Shown here piece by piece: positions 25,401 to 36,238 of a stretch of 64,000 nucleotides of DNA. How positions within the stretch are numbered: the first letter of the stretch is position 1; each line of letters opens with the position of its first letter. This DNA is from Bugula neritina (lineage: Eukaryota; Animalia; Bryozoa). Both the position numbers and the translations under genes were made by a program. The notes beneath the pieces are model-generated. The model saw only the letters and a program-made list of their open reading frames with translations. It had not been told where the DNA came from and searched no databases. The DNA is taken from contig OZ037771.1 of assembly GCA_964035545.1 (NCBI GenBank), positions 4,165,628 to 4,229,627 on the forward strand. Direction: 5' to 3'.

Positions 25401-28400
25401 GTACCTCAACAATACTAAACTGAGACGCTTATCTTTACAGTGGAACAGATGAACGAGTATGATAAGGAACTGAGAAAAGTTATACAGAATCTGTGGCCAG
25501 TTCAGTCAAAGAAGATGCTTGATATTCTTGTTCCACCAGATGATGGTTTGTCCTTCTAGTTTTCTGTCTGTGTGTCTGTCTGTGTGTCACTGACTGAGAG
25601 TCACTGACTGGGAGTTACTACGTGCTAGTCATTAGGCGTTAGTTATGGGGTTAAAGTTACTGAGTGTGAGTTATAGAGTCACTGAGTGTGAGTTGTCAAC
25701 TAGTGACTAAGCCACAGTCAGGGAGTGTAAATAGTTAAACGTTGGCTACTGGGTCAGAAGTAAAAAAGTTTATTACTTAGAGTTATGGCAAAATATGAGT
25801 TACTGTATACTGTATAGCATTAGATAAGTGTGTGGTTTATAAGCATATGATTACCAATTTGTAGGTCAAGGTTATCAATGGCAGCTACTGTATTGGCAGT
25901 TGTCAGAATTGTATGTTCTAAGTTCTAAAATGATTGTGAATATTGATGACGACTTCAGCTGCTGAAACTGTTTTATTTTCTGTATTTGAATTTTTTTCAA
26001 ATAAAATTTAATGGTGTTTGGGAGTTTTATGATAATTCTCAACATGGTTGTCTTCTGCATTATGGAAATACGTCTGCAACCAATTTCCAAACGATAGACT
26101 ATTTCAAATAATGCATTTGCTATTTTTTTTAAAAGTCAAAAACTTGAACTTTTATTTTCACAGATTTGATGCACGACAAACTAACAACCGGAAAAATATA
26201 CGCTGGCCAGATTATTCTAGAAAACTGGAGAGCGTATAAAGAGTGTATGTTACGTGGAGAGAAAGGCCCTAAACCAGTGAGCTATTCAAGTTATTTACTT
26301 TTTATATAGCAGCTCGTTTTTTTTACCAGTATTATTATCGCATTTTTATATTATATGTTGTGTTATTGTTATTCTATTATGTTATATCATTTATTAGAGA
26401 GTCATATAATTGTTGGCCCATCTTTAGTCACATTTATGCTACAACATTCCATACTTGTTTTGTCCAGCTGCTCATTATATACACCTAGAAGGTAGTTTTA
26501 GCATTAATCTGTTTCTTATAATTGATGCGTAGTTTGGGCTAAGCGTGTTTATTGTCAAACCTACAAATATGTGTAATATTGTTAACACAATCAAAAACTG
26601 TGCATTTTACGAATATATTAATTGGTTTGGTTCTTACTTGTCATTATAGAAAATATTGTCCATGTTCAACTTTGACGCAATTGAGACCAGCCAAAGGTAA
26701 GATTTTTTACTGAAATTCGTTTACATAGTATGTCAAAATTATTCAAAACTTGAATGTTATTTCTAATTTACAATCTCATATTTTATGGGTGTTATTGGTA
26801 CTAGTTTGTATAATGAATTTACATTAACAATATGAGTTGCTGGCCAATTATGGATACAGTAAGCTATTGGTAGATCTCAAAGTGGGTGTGGTTTTAGTGG
26901 GTTTTCCCAATGCCCTTGCTAAGTAGTATTAATGTTGGCTATCACTATTAAGGCTTTAGATTATACTGTTGAGTCATACATTATCAGAATACCTGCTATA
27001 TATTTCCCCAATAAGTTGGTTATTGAAATCTATCTGTGTAACGTGTTTTATGTATTATATGTATGTTTCCTGGTCATTTGTTTCCCCCTGACACTCATGG
27101 AAGTTACATTATAGATAGAGATGTGATAATGCTATATGTTTTGTGTGTTGTAACTTGTAATCTAATGATAAATAATGGTAGTGATGTAGCCTTAGGCACA
27201 ATATGATACAGTGTATGCTGCGTTGCAGTGATAGTCTGTTCAAGAGAGGCTGGAATATCTTAAGAAGACATTCAAAGGCTACGAAATCTCCAAATAAAGA
27301 TTCCCAAGAGGTTTGTGTAATATTTCCTGTTGATTTCGTAGCACTTTTCAGATTAAGTTGGAGGACTGCCATCTCAGGGTCTATTAATAGCCTAGTTGTG
27401 TGATCTTGCAATATTACAATATAATTTCTAGATAGCGCAAATTTTACCTGTAAAAGACCCTTGCAAGTGAATATTATTTTCTCCGGTAATGGCTATAACC
27501 ACAACTCTTATAGACGTAGTGTAACCGATATTGATAGCTTGGAGAAGACAACTTCTAAATAAAAACTTGTAGTTCAGATTTTTTTCACCCAAATCTCTTT
27601 CTAATTGTTAATATTTATTGTTTTTAAAGTAATTTCATTCTCTCCTTCCTTCCAGTGCTTTTTCTCTTTTAAATATTTTTGTGGGAGATGACTTCTATTC
27701 TGTTACTAAGAGATGTTGTGTAATCGCTGCTGAATGGAGTGAAAGCTACTTTACCTACCTTACCCCACCTGCCACGCCTGTGACGCTTGTGTCACCTGTC
27801 AATAGTGACACTTGTGTCATCTGTCACGCCTGTGACACCTATATGACACCTGGCAATAGTGACACTTGTGCCATGTGTCACGCCGGTGACACTTGTGACA
27901 TCTACAGTCTTGCTCTAGTTTACGTGAGGATAATTTAACCATTCCAAATTCAACCAATTTCAAAGTTTTAATGTTTAAGTATTATATAATTAGAACTGGC
28001 TGATTAGCAGTATTGATGATACAACTTCCCAAACACTTGGATGTGGGCTACATTGTATTTTTCTTCATTGATTTTTTGGACATGTAAAATCGTAATAAAA
28101 AGATATATTTTGATTTTGCTAAATGAAACAAGATTTTAAATTATAGATTCATATTTTCGATACAAAGTTTTCACCATTGCAGAAGTTAAAGTAGCTCTGT
28201 GTTGACATGAGTGTTGCACTTGAAATTAACCCTCGCCCTGTATGCTTGCAGTTAGCCAATGCCTTTCCCCGATATCTTCACCCCGACGTTATTGAAGCTA
28301 GACATAAGATAGCATATGTAAGATTGGCATGCGAAAGCCACTGCACTTTGTAGCCTAAAGCTTGTTGTCGCCTGCTATGCAACTACTAATGCCAACGCAC

Positions 28401-31400
28401 CCGAAGCAATAACCTTTTAGACCAGAAAAAGTGTCATCCTTGTATTAAAAGATTATTTTCCTTTAATTTTATTTTAATGTGTTGACTAAAAACAGCTAAA
28501 CTCTGTAGCCTGGGCTCTAAATGTTGTGCTTGCTTTACAATACCCTGTCTTTGGTTCTAATACTAACCATATGACCGAGTCGCACTTTTGCATTCATTTT
28601 TGCGTGCAGCTGCGTTGCATTGTTTACCAGCTCCAAGTTTTGGTAATTCTTTTTCCATACTTATTTTGGTTAATATTGTCAATAATCCAAAAGAGAAAGC
28701 AATTCCAACTAATAAATGTGATCTGAGAACTTATGTAGTAAAAATATACATGCGCCATATCGCTGCACGCAAATTTTCTGGCTGTTGTATTTATCGTAAT
28801 CCTTCAGTGTTGTCTGTCTGTCTGTCCTAACCCTAGAATAAAGGTGCCAACAAGTTCCAAGCGCTAATAGACATGGCTAAGCAGGCAGAAGAGAAGGCGG
28901 GAGCTAAGCAATCGCAGGCTAGCCCTAAAACCCCACAACTTTTTGATGTGGTGTCAAAGTTGAGGGAGGTGGGTCGCCCGCCCGTCAACTCTTTGTCTAC
29001 CATAGCTGAAGAGGGCGCCGCATCTCAGATTTATTCTCTGCCGGTTTCCAACGCTCATGTATGTTGTGTGTAGTTCTATATACTAAGTACTCATGTATGT
29101 TGTGTGTAGTTCTATATATACTAAGCACTAATATAGGTGTTGTATAGTTACACTGAGTGTTGTAATGTAACGCTTGTAATCACACATAAATATTCGTGTT
29201 GTGTTGCTTGTTCATATACATTAGGATGGTATATAATGTAATACAATATTATACAGTTTAATAGAATATTATACAGTGTAATAGAATAGTATATAATGTA
29301 ATACAATGTGTGCAATGTATTATATGATGTGATGAAATATGCTATTCAGCTGTTAAGGTTAATGTAAAATTAGTCTTTATATCCCAGTCTACTTTGCACC
29401 AATTTGATTGGTTTGTCATAAACAAGAGATTAGGAAAGACAACTCCTTATATGTGAAGCTTCAATCTATCACTTCATATAAAATATAGAGATATAGAATA
29501 CTACTACTCATGCAGGGTATCAGTGATGATGGCTATATGGATGATCACCCGAAACCCAGCAACGCGTCAGACTTCACGCAGATGTCCTCAGTATACACCA
29601 ACGTCCACGTACACGAAGATACTAACGTCAGCGAGTACTGGGACCCGTGTGCTTACGACATCGATGGCAACAGAGTGACTCATCACCCAGAGCATCACGT
29701 TACGTCACCGTACCAGAGTCAGCAAACTACAGGGTCTATCAAGAAGTATGTGTGTATATATATATGTGTGCGTGCGTGCGTATATATATATATGTATGTA
29801 TGTATGTATCAGTTGAAATTATAAATAGTAACAGTAATGTCAGTTGTAGGAACAGTAATGCAACTGTAGCAATAAAAACCAAAGATGTTGATAAAAGTTC
29901 GGTACATTAATGGCAGCTCCACCACATGTTTGCTTCTCTCGTTTATGTTATATCAATTTCTTACCACACAGTTGTAGAGTTTGCATTCCGCGTGGCATTG
30001 TAGTACTCTACCGAGATATATATATTCTGATTGGTCGAACTAGTAAGGGTTTCCTGTGAATGTGTTGGCAGGTTTGCTCGAGGCCAGAACTGGGGTTCCG
30101 CCAGACTAATGCTGGAAGAGGAACACATCAAAACACAGGAGCAAAGAGCTCTGGCCAGGAGTCATAAGCCCTACCCTGAGGAGTGGAAGAAGAACATTGC
30201 AGACGCTGTACTCGGGATGACAACTATGGCCGTGTCCCCTTATGTAAGTCCCTTACGTATGTAAGTCCCTTATGTATGTAAGTCTCTTGTGTAAGTCTCA
30301 TATGTAAGTATGTTAAATGTAAGTGCTGTAAGTACTAATGCTATTTTTAGAGCTGAGAAAAACTATATTAGCATTTATGTAGTAATATTACTATTGCACT
30401 TCATATCTGTATATTACACCTTATATCTGTATATTACACCTTATATTTGTATATTACACCTTATATCTGTATATTACACCTTATATTTGTATATTACACC
30501 TTATATCTGTATATTACACTTTATTTCTGTACATTACACCTTATATCTGTACATTACACCTTATATCTGTATATTACACCTTATATTTGTATATTACACC
30601 TTATATCTGTATATTACACTTCATATTTGTATATTAAACCTTATATCTGTATATTACACCTTATATCTGTATATTACACCTTATATCTGTATATTACACC
30701 ATACATCTGTATATTACACCTTATATCTGTATATTACACTTCATATCTGTATATTACACCTTATGTCTGTATATTACACTTCATATATGTATATTATACC
30801 TTATATCTGTATATTACACTTCATATCTGTATATTACACCATATATCTGTATATTACACCTTATATATGTATATTACACCATATATCTGTATATTACACC
30901 TTATATATGTATATTACACCATACATCTGTATATTACACCTTATATCTGTATATTACACTTTATATCTGTATATTACACTTCATATCTGCATATTACACA
31001 CTGTGTATTGTATTTTATGACGAACCAATCACAGACCTAGTAGTTTAAGTATCATATTTCAGGTTCTGACAGAAGAGAATGCTCCACAACTAAACGTAAC
31101 TATCCGCACTGTGTAACAGCTATTTATAGCCTGTCTGCATTATAAGCGTCACTTTACTGTTGCTTATGCTACTCACTAAACCATGTCTAACGTGCGCTGC
31201 TTAGTCTATATGCATATGCTTATAAGGGTTTAGTTGATATAAGCACTGTATGTATACAGTCTATGCAATATGCTTTTCTCCAATCTACAGTTTTAAACAT
31301 TTCAAATACTGCAACGCTATCAGCTATCACAAGAACATATCAAAAAAGTAAAGCCGGATCTGTGAAGTATACAAAAACATAGTTTCTAGAAATTTCTCTT

Positions 31401-34400
31401 GTAGCTCCATCCGTCTGTTTCTAACACAATTTTGCCTTTAGATATATACATTTATTCAAAGTATTGGAAGTATTAGACATAGATGTATTACATGTGATAT
31501 CTATTGTACATGATAGCAATCCGTTGCTCTACTCACCTGGTTTATTGCTGCTGTGTTTTGTAGTGTAAGATTACTGATGAAGGTGCAACACCTATCCAGC
31601 CAGGTAACTATCACTTTCATCATTGTGGCTTATTTTACAGTTTTAAAATTGCTTCAGGGAAAGTTCGCTGATATTTTGCAGTAAAACCTCAAACAATTTT
31701 GTCAGCTTTTATATTTTCTACTTGTCTGTATGGTCATGTCGAATATCTGTGCCAGAAAAAGCCTAGTCTTTTTACTTGTAAGGGTAAAATATTCAGTATT
31801 AAGAAAATATACACATTATCTGCAGCTGACACTACATCTGCAGTTGAGTCTGTAACTGCAGCTGAATCTGCATCTGCAGTTGAATCTGCAGATCTGCAGC
31901 TGTATCTGCAGTTGAGTCTGTAACTGCAGCTGACACTACATCTGCAGTTGAGTCTGCAACTGCAGCTAAATCTGCAGTTGAGTCTGTGAGATGGTGTTGC
32001 TAGCAGATACCCAACTAGTGCTATTTAAGAGCTGAAATATTAAACTGCATAATATTACACGTTTCTTTAACCCAGGGCTTGAAAAACGTTTGATATTTTA
32101 ATAGTTACTTAGTTTTAGTTTTATTTAATATATATAATTACAACGTATAGTGCAATGTTGCAATGTTTAATGACACCACCCTAGAGTGTTGGTAACCATT
32201 ACCTGTACTGATTAACATGTATATCTTGTGTTACAATACTACAGGTAAACTGGAGGCACCTTATGTAGAAAGAGAGTCAGCGGAAAGCCCTAAGGATGCT
32301 GACTTTGACCACACAGACAGACCTTGCAGTCCTCCGTGAGTTTCCTGCTTCCATCATGTATTACTATTTCACTAATTTGATATGATGTGGTTGTAATATT
32401 AAGTATCATATATTTTACATAATGTTAGAGGTGCAGTAATGGGGAGATTGGTACAAACCTGGTTTATGTTATAGACCTCAAAAGACAACCTAATAAGTTG
32501 AAATTTTTGATAATTGAGCGCTAATTGCCGGGTTAAATATCTGCTTGAAAAAACACATGATTCGTAGTAAAGAGAATACTGAATGTGGTGTCTGCCATTT
32601 GTATGCATTTTCTATCTACTAAATTGGTCATTGTTTTAGAAATTGAAATAAAACTGCTTTTATCTCCTACACCTACATGGTGCAGGAATATAATATTACT
32701 AAGTAATTTATGTAGATTGTATTATTTCAGAGAGTAAAGCTAAAAGCTACACATATTTTCATTACTCAGCTTTGAAGCTTCTTGGCTTTATGGGAGATAT
32801 TATTAAAAGCTTTCATAGCCTACAACTGTATTTTATATATATATTTGTAAGATCTATAACTAACTTGTAGTTTCCATTTTGTACAATGTAATGTGTTCAT
32901 GCAAGAGAATATAGCTGGCAATAGTATAGCACTTCTGCAACTGGTGTAGGCCAAATGAATGCACCGTGTGTGGTGCTGTTGCTAAGTCAAATAGTTGATC
33001 ATTTAGGAGTGACTCCAGGTGGAATAGAACTCCGAGAACTCCCAGGAAGGTGTCCAACTTAGAAACTGTACCAGAGTTGGTCAGTCGGTCTTCTTCTGCC
33101 CATGATGACCAGAACCTCAGCTCCTACGTCATGCCTAAAGTTTCTCACAACAAGGACATCGGTTCGTGCATTTAGTAGTTGAAAACACTTCATACAGGTT
33201 CTAATCTGTGAAACTCATTTATCTATTTTATATACTCTACCTGGTTCGTTTATTCAGAAGTTGAAAATATGTTATACTTCTAGTTGATAAAGCCTGTTTA
33301 TTTATTCTATTTAGATATACTTTTGATGTATTTAAACCATATTTTTAAACATTATATAATGATCAAAATAGTATTTTAAGATTTTCTTGCGTGCATTTGC
33401 ATTGTCAAAGGCCAATAGTGACGTAATGTTTTTACAGGAAGTATTGAAAGTATGCTGCCGCCGACGCATAGCATGAGTAGATTGGCAGCGAGTGATGCCC
33501 GGCAGCATTACGATGAACATCCATTCGGCAGCAATATTTCTGCTGCCAGTAGCTTAGCTTCTGTGCAAACTGGAGAGATCAGTGCGAGTAGACCACGTCC
33601 AGCTCCGAGGAGGAAAGGTTGGTTCACAGAATAGTTGTGGGTTAATTTGTAACGTTCATGTGAGTTTTTGTACAAAAACACAACTTTTGCTCAAGTGAGA
33701 TTTTGGTGATTAGCTAGGTTATATCGATGTGCATGCCCATGCGCATCTAAAGTACTGAAACTTATGAGTTGGTTCAATGTTTACAGACACCAGCTCTAGA
33801 CCTGTGACACCAAGTGACTCTCTCCACTCGATGCAGTCTGGTAAACAAGCTCCGCCCACTTTTACCCCAAGGTCAGTGTATGGAAGGAATGTTACCATGT
33901 TGGCTAACTATGCTGTACACTTGTGTTCTATTAGTATAGTAATGCATGTTTGTTTATTTATTAAACTTCCCCTGCAAAATATTATAATTATTTTTAGGAA
34001 AGTTAAATTGGTAAATTTTATTTTTGTTTATAATCTGTTTTATTTGACAGGCCTAGAGATCGTAAAAGGAGTGGCCCTGAATATAGTAGAGTACCAACAG
34101 CAAATTACAAAGAGAATGTGGGTGGAACCAGTGCTTATCGCCATGGTGAAGGAGCAGTTGTTAGAGCTAGGGCTAACCCATTTTACAGTTTGTATTGCAT
34201 CAAACTTAACTTCATGCCTATGCTTATTGTCTGTCACATTATAATCTTGCTTTTTCTTCAATCAATTTTACTGAATTTGATGTAGATGTTTCGACCTTTC
34301 AAGGAAACTGCATTTCCATTTGATTTTAAATTGGAATTTTAATTTTTTAGCCACTGTATTTATATGATGGTGGTTTTATTGGTGGGAGGTTTCGCTTCTA

Positions 34401-35153
34401 ACTCAAAGTTACTTATATTATCTAGTCATGTAGCTGTAATTTAGAGTTATCAACTCTTCACCATATTTTAGACACTGATGAATCGGACGACTCCAGAAAA
34501 TTCTATGCACAAACTGGCGATCGATGGGATGATGAATATTATGATTCTGATCGAACACTTTCTGCAGGTTCGACTTGTTGATAACCATTTTTGTGCACAG
34601 CTTGTCACTTCTTTGGATGTTTTCTACTCGTACTCACCTTGCGAAATATTGTCATTCTATTCAAAATAGGTTGAAAATCCATCTGATTCTTTTAGATATT
34701 TTATACTGGAACTATATACCATATGTTTTAGATGTTATTGATATGTACCCGTCAACGCAGTGCTAGTTAGATCTTTGTTTTAAATTAAAGTTTCAATGTA
34801 GTGAAATTTGTAAACTAATGGCCTGTTGGCAACATCATTGGGATTACAATATAGGATAAATTTGTTATGCCATATAATAATGTTATCTAAATTATTTTGC
34901 ATCAGGCGAACACCAGATAAATCAACCTCGGCAGGGATATCATGGAAGAAATGCGTTATTGGATGTTGATCCTCGTTCTATTCAGCATCACCCGCTGTCA
35001 CGTCAAGAATCCTTTGAACAGAATGATCGAAGTCAGGACTACGAACTGCACGAAAGGCCAGCCGCCTCTTCTGCATATAATACTTACCACCATAAGAAAG
35101 CTAACATTATTGTAACTCAAGGAGAAGATGAGGAAGATGGAGACTGGTGCTGA
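1..35153 (+). CDS. Cav2: Voltage-gated calcium channel alpha-1 subunit, Cav2 (P/Q/N/R-type, cacophony/unc-2-like); 5'-truncated, multi-exon
   Basis: Phase-consistent GT-AG exons: <1-37, 413-635, 947-1151, 1659-1779, 1954-2054, 3197-3383, 3791-3899, 4206-4395, 4872-4978, 6865-6982, 7091-7251, 7415-7558, 8313-8514, 9357-9521, 9915-10049, 10723-10806, 11654-11779, 22080-22145, 23105-23202, 23808-23958, 24410-24537, 24715-24811, 25054-25159, 25441-25545, 26164-26276. The distal tail exons are less certain: 26650-26696, 27229-27310, 28837-29058, 29516-29745, 30072-30243, 31063-31095, 31564-31603, 32245-32335, 33007-33161, 33438-33617, 33787-33871, 34051-~34145, 34472-34567, 34906-35153. Motifs: S4 helices ([33 protein letters not shown]), pore glutamates [36 protein letters not shown]-like [18 protein letters not shown]-terminal EEDGDWC*. 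Confidence 0.97.
1780..1953 (+). other. U12-type (minor spliceosome) GT-AG intron in Cav2 IIS6
   Basis: The intron begins GTATCCTTT (the U12 5' splice-site consensus) and splits FGN-Y-TLLNVF as T|AT. There is no polypyrimidine tract, and a branch-like ACTTGAC lies ~10 nt before the terminal TAG. Confidence 0.85.
2572..2752. repeat. Intronic tandem repeat, ~28-bp unit CTATCTGATTGGCTGGTTAGTTGG
   Basis: About 6 imperfect copies read directly from the sequence. Confidence 0.85.
4672..4848 (+). mobile_element. tRNA-derived SINE copy, degenerate, with a V-SINE-like core
   Basis: Shares CATTGG..GTTAGGAAGAGCATCCAG.CATAATTG.TCCTGTGCC..ATCTGA.TAAGTCC and the 3' part GGGGTTTC.CACAGGAAT.GCG.CTATAAA with the copies at 47132 and 60672. 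Confidence 0.75.
5378..5401 (+). CDS. Candidate 24-nt cassette microexon in the Cav2 DIII S3-S4 linker (adds DADEEVTS)
   Basis: tag|AGATGCTGACGAAGAAGTAACAAG|gtatga. It is frame-preserving and stop-free in the phase-2 intron 4979-6864. Confidence 0.55.
7632..8200. repeat. Tandem repeat, 14-bp unit AGTATACAGTACAG
   Basis: About 40 copies. It accounts for the spurious ORFs 7550-8224, 7616-8065 and 7621-7923. Confidence 0.95.
9200..9236 (+). mobile_element. Probable P-element excision footprint (TSD + TIR remnant + TSD)
   Basis: GTTTAATC-CACTGAACTGAAACTATAAGG-GTTTAATC. The first 19 nt of the insert are identical to the left end of the element at 16178. Confidence 0.75.
10996..11001 (+). CDS. 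Candidate 6-nt microexon (KS) in the Cav2 DIV S3-S4 linker
   Basis: A long pyrimidine tract ends ...tttccttttttcag|AAATCT|gtgagt. It is phase 0, like the flanking exons, and has two upstream TGCATG motifs (10871, 10931). Confidence 0.75.
11160..11442. repeat. (GAGT)n-type microsatellite with an internal ~80-bp duplication
   Basis: Read directly. It is the source of the LTHS-repeat ORFs on the minus strand. Confidence 0.95.
12862..20422 (-). CDS. Nested antisense gene: uncharacterised single-pass membrane protein with a mucin-like ectodomain and a Tyr-motif-rich acidic tail (~324 aa)
   Basis: Phase-consistent exons on the minus strand: 20422-20052, 19429-19353, 18956-18897, 18581-18510, 15418-15345, 13600-13298, 12879-12862, totalling 975 nt including TGA. 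The protein has a Thr-rich N-terminus with 3 NTT sequons, [27 protein letters not shown] followed by RKRR, and a tail containing YLDI, YDEV, YEEA, YDDI, YAEA, YMNQ and YEVP. Confidence 0.8.
14140..14345 (-). mobile_element. SINE-like remnant; a related fragment lies at ~1300-1430
   Basis: Contains GCTCTTCCTGGCATTACCAAT (reverse of the SINE core) and a tRNA-like head end. It shares ATGCTGGCAACATGG with 1326-1341. Confidence 0.5.
14751..15183. mobile_element. MITE / non-autonomous DNA transposon with ~63-bp TIRs and an internal hairpin
   Basis: The left end CATAGACCCTTTTCAGAGGTCCC...ACAATTAAGAGTTGTGTCCTCCCAAA is the reverse complement of 15121-15183. An internal palindrome TTGGTTGCTGAGCAATGCT...AGCATTGCTCAGTAACCAA lies at ~14860-14909. 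No clear TSD. Confidence 0.85.
15421..15630. repeat. 30-bp tandem repeat abutting the acceptor of nested-gene exon 15418-15345
   Basis: About 7 copies of AGAAACAAATATCTGCAGTTNNNATAG. Confidence 0.9.
16178..18416 (+). mobile_element. Internally deleted P-superfamily (THAP9-like) DNA transposon, 2239 bp
   Basis: 8-bp TSD GTGATACC at 16170-16177 and 18417-18424, with CA...TG termini. The TIRs are imperfect: left CACTGAACTGAAACTATAACCCTGGAAAGG; right, reverse-complemented, CATTGAACTATAATCCCCTGGAATGG. Internal THAP remnants are present. Confidence 0.88.
16500..17930 (+). pseudogene. THAP-domain / THAP9-like transposase pseudogene fragments
   Basis: Spliced reading ...AYNCFN...TSFHR|[54 protein letters not shown] (exons ending at 16579 and starting at 17133) gives the THAP signature with an in-frame stop. 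17735-17930 resembles the P/THAP9 transposase C-terminus ([16 protein letters not shown]...VLFRSQ*). The catalytic core is absent. Confidence 0.82.
22126..22682 (+). repeat. 22-bp tandem repeat made of the Cav2 exon end plus 5' splice site (ATGYTATCATAGCAATGCAG|GT)
   Basis: About 25 units, ~21 of which retain CAG|GT. The first unit is the real exon 22080-22145 boundary (YAIIAMQ|gtatgt). Confidence 0.95.
23405..23565 (-). mobile_element. SINE copy, degenerate, reverse orientation
   Basis: TATAGTCGCCATCCTTGTGAGAA...GGCTAAGG...ATGCCCTTCCTAACATCACCAAT matches the reverse complement of the 47132 copy. Confidence 0.65.
23975..24135. repeat. 24-bp tandem repeat CATAGTATACAGTATAATRTATTA just after a donor site
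   Basis: About 6 copies. Confidence 0.9.
28252..28317 (+). CDS. Candidate 66-nt cassette exon in the Cav2 C-terminal tail ([22 protein letters not shown])
   Basis: ttgcag|...|gtaaga. It is phase 0-0 and stop-free, sits between phase-0 junctions 27310 and 28837, and has a TTAAC branch-like motif upstream. Confidence 0.5.
30398..31000. repeat. 20-bp tandem repeat TTATATCTGTATATTACACC
   Basis: About 30 copies. It explains ORFs 30310-31020 and 30447-31040. Confidence 0.95.
31815..31990. repeat. CTGCAG-rich degenerate tandem repeat
   Basis: Repeated TCTGCAGTTGAGTCTG / CTGCAGCTG units. Confidence 0.8.
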
Positions 35154-36238
35154 GTCCACACACACACGTGTCAAATAGGTACTGAACTGCGGAAAGTGAG
35201 CGAGTGGTCGTACAAGCATTAGAACTGAGATACCCTCTAGTATGGAGTTGTGCGACCCTAGCAACTGTCCTATTGGAAAACTCATTGGCAGGTAATGGCA
35301 AGCGTATTACAGTGACATTCGTGCTAATTCAATATAAAGTTCTCATCGTATTTTCATTTTAATATTCACTTTTCTATTCACAAATGAATTTAGACTTTCT
35401 TGCACTATTAGTAGTTTTAGAAGTCCTCAGTGTGGTTATTCTACATTAACCTAATGCACTAATTCACAGATACTATAAAGTATAAACTCTAACACTGCTT
35501 ACTAAATTTTCTTTTAATATAATAAAATTATCTTAATACAGACAGAAACACTGTGTGTAAATGAAAAGGGGTTTGCCAGCAGATGTTATTTATCTAACTC
35601 AAATTCTAAAGATGCTATGATTGAGGATGAGTACCTACACAATCGCATGAATAAAATATAAATGCATAGGTTTATTTTGTTAAAAAAGTAAACATAATTA
35701 CTAGGATGAAAATTTGCTACTTGACTTAGAAAAACGCTATTTCCCATACTAATTATGTAGCCATGTAACAAAATAAATGAATCTCCAGAAATGCTGGCAA
35801 TGGAAATATCTAAATCTGCTAAGATTTTAATTAAATAAAAATCACAAAATGTTTTGATTTCTATTTTGAACAAATAAAATATACATAAAATATAGTGCAG
35901 ACACAAAGATTTGTATCTACAATGTGCACAGAATAAAAAGTAATGTCATTACAAATCTACAGTACACTGTACAGTACATTAATAACTACATAAAATACAT
36001 AATATTTAAATTGAGATCAATGAGATCTTTATGGAGCTTACAGAATAAAAGCTATAAAATGCAGCCCATAAACTCATCTGCGTATCTACATATCTTGAGC
36101 ATTCTGTTAGACAGGTTTAGTAAGAATAAGTTTATAAAAGTCATTTAATTTACAGGATCTTCAGTTGCACATTACTTCAGAAGTAATTCCTTTGCTTGTT
36201 CTAAACAAATAGAATATGAATGTAGGTCGAGACCCAAC

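Noticed and set aside
30310-31040. 236-aa and 197-aa ORFs
   Set aside because: Artefacts of a 20-bp tandem repeat within an intron.
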